A DNA stretch of 64,000 bases from Raillietiella orientalis (lineage: Eukaryota): assembly GCA_036172245.1 (NCBI GenBank), contig JAYWIR010000016.1, positions 558,001 to 622,000 on the forward strand, given 5' to 3'. The translations under genes and the position numbers were made by a program. The notes below the pieces were generated by a model. It was not told where the DNA came from. It saw nothing but the letters and a program-made list of their open reading frames with translations, and made no database searches. Shown here in pieces: positions 51,201 through 61,874 of the stretch. Position 1 is the first letter of the stretch; each line of letters starts with the position of its first letter.

Positions 51201-51559
51201 GCAGCCTCGACAGGCTGACTGTGTGGAGGGGAAGAACGTGGTGATACGGTGGAGAACGTCTCTGCCACGTGTCTGAAACTTCCTTTTCCTTCTCCCTTTT
51301 TTTTGTAATAACTGAAGGGTGATAGAAGGACTTCTGTCCTTCTATCAACCTGGGGGCAGTCATGGGCAAATGCAGCTTCGATGAAAGAACAGAGAGCAGC
51401 CTCAGAAGTTCTCCTCCGCAGTAAGTAGAAAAGACTCTGCATCTCCGGCTGAAGTATGTATTCTCTCGCTGCTGAGAGCACTTCAAGAGTTGTCAGAGGG
51501 AGGTAGGGTCCTTCTTGGACGTCTACCATCAGGAAGAGTCCTCAAAATTTGGAGGAAGC

Positions 51560-52820
51560 GGGGAGCATCTCAGGCAAGGCTCTCTCGTGAGTTCACATCC
51601 GGTCTGTGGACCACATCGCCTTTGGATCTTTCATGAGAGCGACCCCGGGCGGGAACTGTGGCCCTGGAAGAGGTGGAGCATTCATCACTCGCTCAAAGCT
51701 AAAGGTCGTGCCTGGGTCCAATCGTTGAGCGATCTCATGGGCTGAACTTCCTTTTCTGCTGCTGGACAGCAGCGTCTGGTGGGAAACCGTCTGTTCGATC
51801 GTTTCGACTCTCCCTCCTCCGCCGCCTCATGGACCGTTCGTCCATTTGGGGAAGGAATGAAGCCCACAGAGGATATGGGAACAGATGTGCAGGATGCTCT
51901 TCCGGAGTCGTGCGCTAGGCGGTGTCGGAAGTCCGTTCACGACCGATACAGGCAATTTGCTTCGGATTCGCGGATACATGTCATTCCGGGAGAAACCCCT
52001 GAAGGCAGGGGTGGGTGAGTAGGGGGGAAACGCCTCGATGACTCTTAGAGGAAGAATTTTTGAAGATGTTCATCGGAAGCTCGCAGCACAGCACAAATTC
52101 CTCCGGAAGCAGAGATGCGAATCCGTGAGGGGTTCTCCCCCATCCCGGCGGTCGGATACCTCGTTTTCGCCTGCAGCGGCTGGTCACGCCTACGCCGCCG
52201 CAGTGATGGCAGTCGTCAGGTCTGCGCAGAGGACGTGAAGTTTCAGCCACCTCCTCGAGCATCGAGAGGAGGAGCAAGAGAGGCAAAGTATTCATCCCGA
52301 AGACTGGCATCTTCATCCAGGACTCTGAGGATGTGTCCCGCAAGCCCAGGCTCCTCAAGACAAGGAAGTTCTCCGCCGTTCGAGCGTTGCCGAGAAGGAA
52401 CTGCTGGCGCTGCGCTCCGATGCGATAAAGACGTTCAGGAGCGAGTGAGGTTCCTGCTGAACAACCTGACCGACAACCAGAATCGCCTTCAAAGTGGTCA
52501 TTACAGCACGTCTTCTGACAGAGCGAAGAGGAGCTCAAGGTGTGCGGTGTAGTTCAACGATTGAAGGGCTGGAGACCCTTAAGGTCAACGGTTCAAGCAG
52601 AGGGAAACACTTCCTGTGAGCATCGTCGAAGAGCACGAGGCGATGAGGGTCTCTGCGTGCTGGGGAGCACCGGAGCGAAGATCTGCAGCAAGACGTCGGG
52701 TTCCCAGCGTGACGTGCCCCGCACAGGGTTTGTTGATCTCGGGGAGCTGTGTTACCTGAGAGACATCATCAAAGCGCACGGGACGAGACTCTCAATGGTC
52801 AGGAACGCGCAAGCGGAGTG
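51560..52820 (+). mobile_element. Decayed RLE element, RT and post-RT region
   Basis: LRQGSLVS (~VRQGCPLS), SLSDL (~ADDL), FEDVHRKLAA, PPRAS, RFLLNN and DRAKRSSR (~W.RAR.ASR). Confidence 0.6.
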
Positions 52821-53009
52821 AAAATGCATTTTCCGGGAGGTGCTACGCCCGCTAGCGACTCAATAGGCATTTCCTTCTCTCCTTTCTCCCCCTCCCCCCG
52901 TGATGACCCGAGGGGGAACTCCCCACGGATGATGGAAATTCTTGGGTTCTTTTTCTCCTGTATTTGCCGTTTTTTCCTTTCAGCTCTTTTTTTTCTTTTC
53001 AGAGCGGAT

Positions 53010-53510
53010 TGCCTGGGGTCCTCCGGAGAGAATAAGGAAGGAGGATTCTCTTCTGGATTCCCCTTCGGAGATAACCAGGGTGGAGGTGATCTCAGTGTCC
53101 GGGGATCCCTCCCCAGGACTGAGAGGAATGGACTCCGAGTCCTTCCTGGATTCATAGAACAAACCCCTCCCGGGGTACCCTCTATCTTGAAGAATTACCC
53201 ACCCTCGGGCGGCGTGGAACCGTGTCGAAGAGCTGCGAAGACAGAAAAGAAGGATTTCCATCATTGCACGACCGGAGGGGGAACTCCCCACTCCTTGATT
53301 CTTGGAAGGACCCGAAGATTGACTCTCATTGTTCCGGTCTTTATCGGGGACATCCGGTTTGAAGCGCTACAGGTGCCACGCCCGAATGTTTTGTCCAACC
53401 AGGAGAAACTCGGAACCCAACGACGCAGTGGTGTCAGTTTCTGCCAGAGTATTCGATCCCGCGACGCATGGTACCACGCGCGGAAGCCTTAACCACAAAG
53501 CCTCCGATGT
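53010..53510. mobile_element. Rearranged SINE-like copy (3' body on +, tRNA head on -)
   Basis: 53010-53263 is the reverse complement of about 40235-40475, whereas 53264-53500 is direct to about 40720-40960. The head (minus strand) reads gtggttaagg..gggatcgaat. Confidence 0.8.
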
Positions 53511-53859
53511 GGGCGATCTGACTCCTAAGAGGATCCCTCAACGCGGTTCTTGTCCCGTCCGCGAACTTAGGGCGACCGGTGCGGAGCCCAGCCTCCCATT
53601 CCCTCTGCTCCACAGAGCATCTCATTTCCCTCTCTTCCTTTCCTGAACCTACTCGACTGCCTCAAACTCCCCCTGACCCGTCGACTCAACTTGCTCAGAA
53701 GCGCAGATGAGGAGGCGGCACAATCGGACATCAGTTTCATCCGTGAGCAGCGCCGTGGAGATAACGACGCGATGCTGCTGCAGCCTCCGTATCTTGACCA
53801 ACCTCGACCTCGGGGAAGCTTGGCAAAGCATCGCTGAAAGAGCTGAAGGAGAAATACAT

Positions 53860-54700
53860 TTTTATGATTTCAGTAGCATTGAGCGTGTCCAGGAGCAGCG
53901 ATAGGAGGATTCCTGCCATGCTGCGAGGTTTTGCTTTGGATTCCACTTCGTAATATGACCGAGCTCCAGCACTCGCAGGCATGGATCCACCTCATCCAGC
54001 GGAGCACGGGATCCTAGTTTCACGAACAGGAGAGCCCATTGGATGACGGCCGCTACTTCAGAGGACGCGCACACTCGGACTCGTGATCATCCCTTTACCA
54101 ACCACAGGGTGCGGCAGCTGCTTCCTTTCCCGTCAACTCGGCAAATCCCGGGCTGCGCACTTCCTGATTCCGATGGCGATCCATTTCGCCGTGGCTGAGC
54201 AACCAGCTCCGTTTTCCCTGGTGGCATCTCCAGTCGTCTCCGGCGCTACGAGCACCCGTCCCACGCCGGCAGGAGGAAGAATAGGTGGAATCTCCAGCAG
54301 GGTGGGAAGTGGCGAGAAAGCAGGAACACCGTGTCCACCTCTCGATGGCAAACGGCGCGGAGAGGCACCTGGCGCGCCGAGCCGCTTCCTAAGTCTTTGT
54401 CTGGAGCATGAAAACGTGCACCACGGGTGGCTGCCTGCTTCCTCCTCCTCGCCTCCCTGCTGGTGCCTCACTCGCTCCAAACGGGCAGCGTCCTCAAGGA
54501 ATGCACCCACTGCGGAGAAGGACGGTGTTGCGGCGTCCCTTGAGCTGCTCGCGCCGCTGTTGGGGCGAGACGGAGGCCTCGGCAAGCAGAGGTGCTGCGA
54601 CTTTCCCATGATGGCCCACAGGACCCACCCGGTAGCGCACCCGCCTCCTCGGACTCTCCAGCCGCCTCCCTGCTGGCAATTCTTCCACATGTGAGCAGCG
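53860..54700 (-). mobile_element. Decayed RLE element, 3' part
   Basis: HHGKV, FLEDAARL, VHVF, RVLVAPETT..RENG, ALLFVKLGSRAPLDE..LRVLEL and WTRSM. Confidence 0.6.
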
Positions 54701-55699
54701 AGGGTCGCCGAAACGGAAGAGGGGCGTGGCTGCACTGCAGGGAGCCGTCTCCCTCACGTGATGGGGAAGGGAGGCGGCAGGCGGCGGCGGCATGGTCTGA
54801 ACTGGGATGTGGAACCTCAGGGAGATCGTCGTTGGCAGACCGAGGGGAAATCCCTCTCTGCACCCCACCCCCTCGCCTTCTGCCCCCTCCCTACTCGGAC
54901 CCGCGGGACGACCGAGTCTGTCACTGTGAAGTCGACCTATCCTATCGCCCCGCACTTTATTTATGGGCCTTCCCCTCTCCTTTCCTTGGATGCGTTTTCA
55001 GTGGCGTTCGTGTCCTTCCGTTTGGGATCCGAAAATGGCTAACCCTCGTTATTTTTATCTTTCAATTATTCATTTAATCACGAATGACGAACTGTAGGTG
55101 GTTGCAACATCCCTTCTGCGCTGCTCCCCAGAGAAAACTTATTCTCCATCCAGAATGCCATGGATATGCGGGATTCCAGTGAAGGACAAAGGGAAGAGGG
55201 AGGATTCCTCTCCAGCACGTTTTCCCATCTTTTTACTCAACGGCTTCAAATGGGAAACCTTAGAGCTCTGAGACCAGGCGGCTTGTCAGGATCAGAGATA
55301 ACGAAGAAATGGGAATGTTGACCTGGACGCTTCACATGCTGCAACTCGTCAATGAAGGTCATACCAGCAGAAGTAGTGGAAGAGTTAGCGTGGTATGAAT
55401 GGTTGTTTTCCCTGTTTAATCCTGGATATCCCTTCACGCAACAGGAAACAACAATAGGTCTCTCATCAGACTCTCTGATCCTGAAACTCCTCCCTGCTTA
55501 GAAGATGAGCTCAGTGGGCGCTCCAGCATTTGAGACACGGAGGACACGCACAGATGTGCAAAAATGCCAGCCGCAAGAAAATTCAGAAATCGTGACTGCA
55601 CGCTTCCAGAAACCCTTTGGTGAACTTTAAATACCAAGTTCTCCTGGTCAAAGCTCGAAGAAACAGCTGCATTAAAAAGGGCAACGTGTACCGGATACC

Positions 55700-56760
55700 A
55701 GGGATGACTTTCTGTTCTCCGCAGTCAATGAAATGTGATGGTTTGAAGGAGTGAAAGGAACCCTGTCATCCTCTGCGTTGGTGAAGAAAAGTTCTTCTGC
55801 ACCTTCTGCCAAAAGAGGTGGTCGACGGTCCAAACGTGCTGACAGCTGCTGAAGCTGCGCTTGGTTTCATCTCTGCAGAAAATTCACACCACGGATGCGC
55901 TCTTAGAGGAGGGTGCAAACCCGCATGGGCGAAGAAGGATGAACAGAAATCAAGGTACCTGGCAAGGGCGTTCCTTTGCGAGTCTGCGCAAGTTTGCAGT
56001 CAGGAAAAGAGTTCCATCTTCGCACAAGGTTCCATCTCCGTGTGCTAAGGCGGTAGAATCGTGTGCCATGGGTTTCACAGATACGCGCTCCGAGTCTTCT
56101 GATCTACAGAGACAGGTCTCCCTCACCGTGTGTGGCACTTCCTTTTTCGATGCCCCACTGAACCGAGGTCGAGGCTACAGCTTTTCCAGGCTTCCTTAGG
56201 CAAACCTGCATCCTGGATTTCCCAATCCGATGGAAACCTCTGCGGACAGCCCACTGCCTCTCTGTTCAGCAGCTGTTTCCTGGCCCTCAGAGGACAAGAG
56301 GTCTTGTCGTTGCAGAGATCACTCAAACTTCTGAAAACGTGTGGGCAGTGGCGGTGGAGTGCAGGAGCATGGACCGCGGTCCGCTGTCGATTCTGCCGTT
56401 CGGATCTCAGAAAGGCGTGGCTTCGAACGGGGCGAAGGATCGCTGCGATGAACGCTGCGTACCTCCCCCCTTTCCCCAAATGGCCCCGGTAACGGTTCGG
56501 TGAGGTCTTGTCGCAAGACGTCCCAGGGATCCCTCGACACTGAGCCTGCCTGGGCATGTTGCCCTCGGAAACCGCTCCTCCTTGGCTGCGACCGCGCATG
56601 TGCGGGATCTCCGGCGTTCGAGATGACCACTGCAAAGGGGAGCAGGAGTGGAGTTCGAGTCGAGTCTGCTGCTCCCCTCGGATTGCGGCTCTTTCTGGCA
56701 GAACGAGGCGGGTGATCCCAGGACCATTGCACGAGGTTGTCTCGAACAAAAAGAGGTCCT
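55700..56760 (+). mobile_element. Decayed RLE element, 3' part
   Basis: WHFLFR..FQASLG..LCGQPTASLFSSC (HF..ARL..CCHC), then RSDL..RIAAMNAAYLPPF/NG (~RPDL..DV..PFENG). Confidence 0.55.
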
Positions 56761-56879
56761 TTCTACGCTCTTCCCCAACGCCTCTTCCTGGAACCCAGGG
56801 ATGAAGCCAGAGAAGAGAAGGACTGTTCTACAAGGGCGTGCAAACTGTTGTCAGCACCCTATCTAAGTTTCCTCTGGAG

Positions 56880-57135
56880 CGTCTTCTTTGGTAGCCGAGC
56901 GCAGCTGTGCATGTGTGTTCCCACCGAGCTGTTCAACGAACTTCCTCCAGGCATCGCGACTTCCCAGACGGAGTGGTGCGTCCGACCACGGACAGCGAAC
57001 TGGATGCCGCTGCTTGGCCTTGCGGTCCCGGATCCAAGGTGCTTCCGGAACGCCTTTTCCGTCTGCGAACATTCGCAGTTTTGGCGGTGTACGAGCAGTC
57101 ACTTCCTTCGAGACGATGAAACGGACTAATGGTTT
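56880..57135 (+). mobile_element. Short RLE element fragment
   Basis: LQASRL, then TSSHFLRDD (~ASNHFLRDG). Confidence 0.4.
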
Positions 57136-57479
57136 TGTCCCTAACAACGTGCTCTTCGAAACGAAAAGCACTGGCAATTACGAATTGATTTTTTTTCCTC
57201 CCCTCGTCTTCCTCGGAGGAAATGCCGTGATGCCAGCATTGCAGCTGCTAATCATATTTACGACTATGGATTTCATCTCTTTCCTCCTTATCAAAAGCTC
57301 CACTGTTCTGAGACTTTCAGAACAAGAGTAACCAGTGATTGCATTTGAGGGAAGCTCAGATCTTTGCTAACTTTCGGGGCGCTCTCTATTCGTTAGGAGA
57401 TTCTTTTTCTCCCTTCTTCAAGATGAAGCTGCCGTGGTTGGAATGTCATAGCAAGCCAAGCTATTCGCAACGACGGATG

Positions 57480-58800
57480 CTCGGAATTTGTTCACCTACG
57501 TCCCTTTGGCACTACTTTGTGATGATTCCCGGGCACTTGCTTTACCCCTGCACCGCGTCTCATGGCTGCACTCGCGGGGTACAGCCGGGGAAGTCCGAAA
57601 TCCAGAGACCACGGCTGCGCTCTGGTTGCCTCCTGATATGAATGGTTTGCTCCAAAATGCACGTGGCTTCTGCGCACTGGATGCTGTCCCTTGGACCCTC
57701 ACATGTTTGTCGCGCACCCCCGTGTGGGGAGGGGCTGCACGCCTGCATGACGCCTCTGCCCTCTTCGTGCGAAGCGTGCACCTCCTCCTGCCTCGGCGAC
57801 GGCAGCTCTCTTCTAGCTCCGTGGCACAGTCACGGCACCAAACGGCGCCGAAGAAGGACGGGATGGCAAAGCCGTCGGATGCTTCCTGCGATGAACCTCG
57901 GAAGGAAGAAGAAAGTTCGATGTTTTCGCACGTTCATTCTTGTGCTTCCCTGTGCATCTCTCTTCTTGCAGCTTCGGCTGGTGCGGTGCAGCCTGATCCT
58001 CGCGAGAGCCACAGCAGGAGTCTGAACGTTCGGAACAGTCCACGTGGCATGTGCACTCTGCGAGCAGTCAGCGGAAGCGCTGACGGCAACTTCTTCGCAG
58101 CTGGTTTCCCCGCTCTCCATCCCGGAAGCTGTCTGTTGACAAGAAACAGCTCCGGAGAGACTGACATGCTACTGTCAACAGACAAACCATGTCGCGATTC
58201 GAAGCGACTCCAGCCAGAGACGAAGCACTCTCCATCGTCGAAGGCAGGCGAAGATTCTTAGGAATTCATCAGCAGGTAAGGAGGGAATCGGACGAAAAGG
58301 ATGACGGAGGCGTGCCAAAATAGGGCAGGAATCGAGAGAAACCAAACTCATCGCAAATCTTTGAAAGATTGCCGGATGAGAGCCATCAAGTGTATCGGTC
58401 TTCATGGGAGTGTGGTCCACCGATCCAAAAAGCCCGCCAGAAGCGGAGTGGACTGCACCACACAAGCACCTACTCTTCGCATTTGTTTCCTTCTCAGAGA
58501 AGAAGAATCCATACTTTTTGAGGAGGAAGACCAGATGGCCCTGCCATGGAAAACTTGAAGAGGAGCTCGCAGGTACCTTCACAAGATGAGGAAGGCTTCG
58601 GGAGACCACCTGTGACTACTTCCTCCCCAAGATTCTCCAGCACGTGGGAATTTTCTTTCTTCCTTCTCCCGACCTTCTCCAAAGGGGAGCTCGTGGCACG
58701 CGCTCTGGCTTAGCGGCAGCTGCCGTCGGACTACCCGGAATTACAGGGGGAAGGCTGATTTCGGACGTTGCTTGTCTTTTTTTCCTTTCGACGATAAGCC
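57480..58800 (+). mobile_element. Decayed RLE element, post-RT region to C-terminus
   Basis: RVSWLHSRG, WGGAARLHD..VHLLL, CQ..LKDC, LHGSVVHRSKK (~RHNAIV.RLKK), LRICFLLREEESIL..LPWK and RLISDV. Confidence 0.6.
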
Positions 58801-59039
58801 CTTCGTTTTTCTGGGCGCCAGCAACACGGCGCTGCCATTTCCAAAGCGGCCTCATCTCCTCCGCAGCCGAGAGGAAGCGGAAGTAGAGGAGCTATCGGTT
58901 TTCCCAGTCCTGAACCAGAACTTCAGCACGCGCCATGCATCAACGGGAGGACCACCGTAGGCGAGAGCGGCGGAACAAAACAGCACGCCGCACATGACTT
59001 TTGACGACCCCATTGAGAATCCGGCTGAAGTCTTTTTCT

Positions 59040-59570
59040 GGGAGAGCCCAACACTTGGCACGTCCACGTGGGGAGATCCCTACGTGGAGGATCAACGCCA
59101 AGAAATGGGTTTCGAGGCCCTCATGCAGGAGGACGCCGTCTGGCCTGTAGGCTTCGGGTGCGGCACCGGTGGAAGCAGCTAGATTGCAATTTGACCCTCC
59201 GGGGTCCTTCCAGGAATCTAGGAGCCCTCATGGTTCCCCTCCGGTTGTGAAAATGGAGCCGTTCCTTCCCTAAGGAGGGACCCTCTATCGAGTGCCATGG
59301 AGCTGGTTGATATCCTCTTCGGGGAGTTGCCTCTTCAGAGTGTCAGAAGCGCACTGATCCTTTCCGTGAGCGACCCTTCAGCGAAATTCGGAAGCGCCCC
59401 TTCGGAATTCTCTTCAGAGGTTCCCTTGCTGGTTCCCTCCGGAGAAGAAATTCCAAGAGCGGATCCGTTACGAGTTTCTTTCGGAGAAAAAGCGAGGAGG
59501 AGCGACTCCCTTCCGGAAGTTCCCCTGGAGGGAGGGAGGAGGAATAGGTTCCCTTCGGGGTTCCCTGCCA
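59040..59570 (+). mobile_element. SINE-like repeat copy (uninterrupted, decayed head)
   Basis: The body aligns with the reverse complement of 31420-31870 and 40430-40830; the empty target variant aggatcaacgcca lies near 59088-59100. Confidence 0.75.
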
Positions 59571-60249
59571 AGCGTAAGAGGCGGAAACGACTTCTAAGAG
59601 GAGGTGGGCAAGAAAAAGAGAACGAGAGAGGAGGCGACTGCGGTCTTGCTCAAAGCGGCGTCAAGGTTCCGATGCTCCATCTCAGTCATGCAGGGAGCAG
59701 TGTCCTCCAGGAACTTCGAACCTCCAGCTGAAGAACTGCAAGAGCAAAGCAAGGAAGAAACCAACCATCGTCCCGTTCTCGACATTCGTGGAGTACGCAA
59801 GCTCGCGCGAGATCGAGGAAGGGGGGAGAGGAGGAGGGGGGAGACATAGATCAAGATTTACTTCTCCGCTGATCGAAACAGGCCCGCCCTTCCCGTTTCC
59901 CAGCCGAAGCCACGCCCTTGACCTATCCCCTCGCATCTACCCGAGATGTGCTCTTCTGCCCTAGCAACTCCCGCAAACACATCCGTATTAGTCTCTTAGG
60001 TACTGAGCAAGGCATGTGAAAGGATCGTTTCCAGGACTTGGGGGAAGAAGCTATTTGACGAAGAGGAAAAAGAAAGCCAGCAGCTCTCATGACCGGCGGG
60101 AGGTAGAAGATGCGAAAACTGTGGAGCTCAGTTATTAGAACAAACAAATGGAAAGATAAGCTGAGCCTCTGCAGGCTCGTAGAGTAATCGCAGGGAGGCG
60201 TTTCCCGGCAGCTGAAGAATTGGCTACTGGACCTGAAGTCAACGCGAGG

Positions 60250-60780
60250 CGGCACCTCACTCTCTTGTGCTTCCGAGCCCAACTAATGGGCGATGAAGTC
60301 TATGGAGACAAGTGCTTCCATAAGGCAACCGCGAACAAGAGGTAGGGGATTATGGGGCGTAATTAATGGCTGCAATTTGGGGAAAATCAGGAAGCTGGAG
60401 AGACGGTCTGTTTGGAACCCTTCTCAAGAGTTGGTGGGGGTTCTGTGAAACCCAATAAATAGTTTGCGCGGGCGGAATGCTGACGATGTCGGACAATGGA
60501 TCGATACGTCGACAACCAAACAGCGCCCTTCGAGATCCAGACGGAATCCTCATCATCCATCTGGGTAAGATCTACATTCGAAAAGAAAAATAAATACGAT
60601 GAATTCATTGCTTGCAAATGGCAAGATATTTACTGGAATGGAAACTGGGTCCTTCCCGTTTCCATGGAAAGTTTCAGAGGGCTCTTGAAAGGACTCTGCG
60701 AAAGGCTACACAGCAAACCATTCCATTAATCGGATGAGTAGGCACAGATAGTACTCGAAAGAATTGCAAATACAAGAGAA
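60250..60780 (+). mobile_element. RLE endonuclease remnant of a different subtype (Hero/CRE-like)
   Basis: VINGC (~H.LNGC), LRDPDGILI and FEKKNKYDEF..VLPVSMESFRGL (~ERK..KY..V.PVE.G.RG). Confidence 0.4.
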
Positions 60781-61239
60781 AGAAGATTTGCATTCCTGCA
60801 GAGCTGTCATAAGAGAATATGATGAAGATCTAAGAAGGAGGAGAAGAAAATCCACTACGTGAGGAGCGAAAAGAAAATTGATATTCGCCAATTAGCAGAT
60901 TAATCAAATTGCCAAGGCTTGAATTGATTTCTCCCAACACGGGAAAAGCGGGAGGCTGCAGTCTAGGAAGGAACTCGAGACTCTGAGGCTGCAAACATCA
61001 ACTTGCAGTACGGAAAGCAGCAGCCTTTTTTCATCCTCATCCTAAGAGATATCTCGAACGAGTTTCAAAAAGATCTTCAGGAGTAGGGAAGCGTCTTTTC
61101 AAACACGAATTCGAAGGCATCGGATGCAATGGGCTACAGAAGATCGCAGACTAAATGTGCAGCTTGTGCGATCGTGGGTCTGGATTAATGGGATTCCAAG
61201 GTGAGAAATAAGGGATCGTTGTAATCAACCCCACGACCA

Positions 61240-61800
61240 AGCTCTTCCCTGCTGTCAAGACGGCGATCTCCACAAGGACAAAAATTCCCAACGAGGAGAC
61301 TCGTCTCCCTTTGTGAGATCAGGCAATGTCTTCTGTACCATCATCTCCGTACTCACTGAAACATTCGGAACAGCATGCATCAGGGAGGGAATTCAGGAAT
61401 TTCTCAGCAGGTGCGAATGGAAACCTGTGACATTTTCGAAACGCTGCCAGCTCTTCTTTCGGGAACCATTTCTAACTGGTTCCATGTCCCTTCTGGTCCA
61501 TGCTTCGCTATACCTGCTCTTTTTAAGAGCCAGGAATGTAACCTCAGTCCTCGGACGCTTTTTCGAGCCATCACGATTAATCAATCGTGATGGCTCCCTG
61601 GAGGTGTGCAATACGACTCGAGGACACCGCAACACTCGAGGTGGCGTGCCATGGATTGGGTGCTTGCGAAATGTTCTTTTAAGCGGGACAGATCCTCACC
61701 AACATTCACTGCTGTCAGTGGGAATATCAAAGTCACTGACTCCAGTTCAGAGGAAGCACAAAGAGAAGGAAAAGCGCGCTATGGAATTTTTCTGCAAGTC
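61240..61800 (+). mobile_element. Decayed non-LTR reverse transcriptase, N-terminal half
   Basis: RLVSL/GNVFCTII, IQEFLSRC (~QKGF..G) and PWIGCLRNVLLS..PH..SLLSVGI (~WLD..NAF.SV.H..L..G). Confidence 0.45.
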
Positions 61801-61874
61801 TGATGACATGACCCCTTGCCACGACACAGCCACTCGCCACTTGCGTTACTTCGCAAAACTACCGTATCGTCACA

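Noticed and set aside
56200..56335. SUEL-lectin-like exon on the minus strand
   Set aside because: The plus strand carries ordered RLE motifs over the same bases, and no other exons were found.
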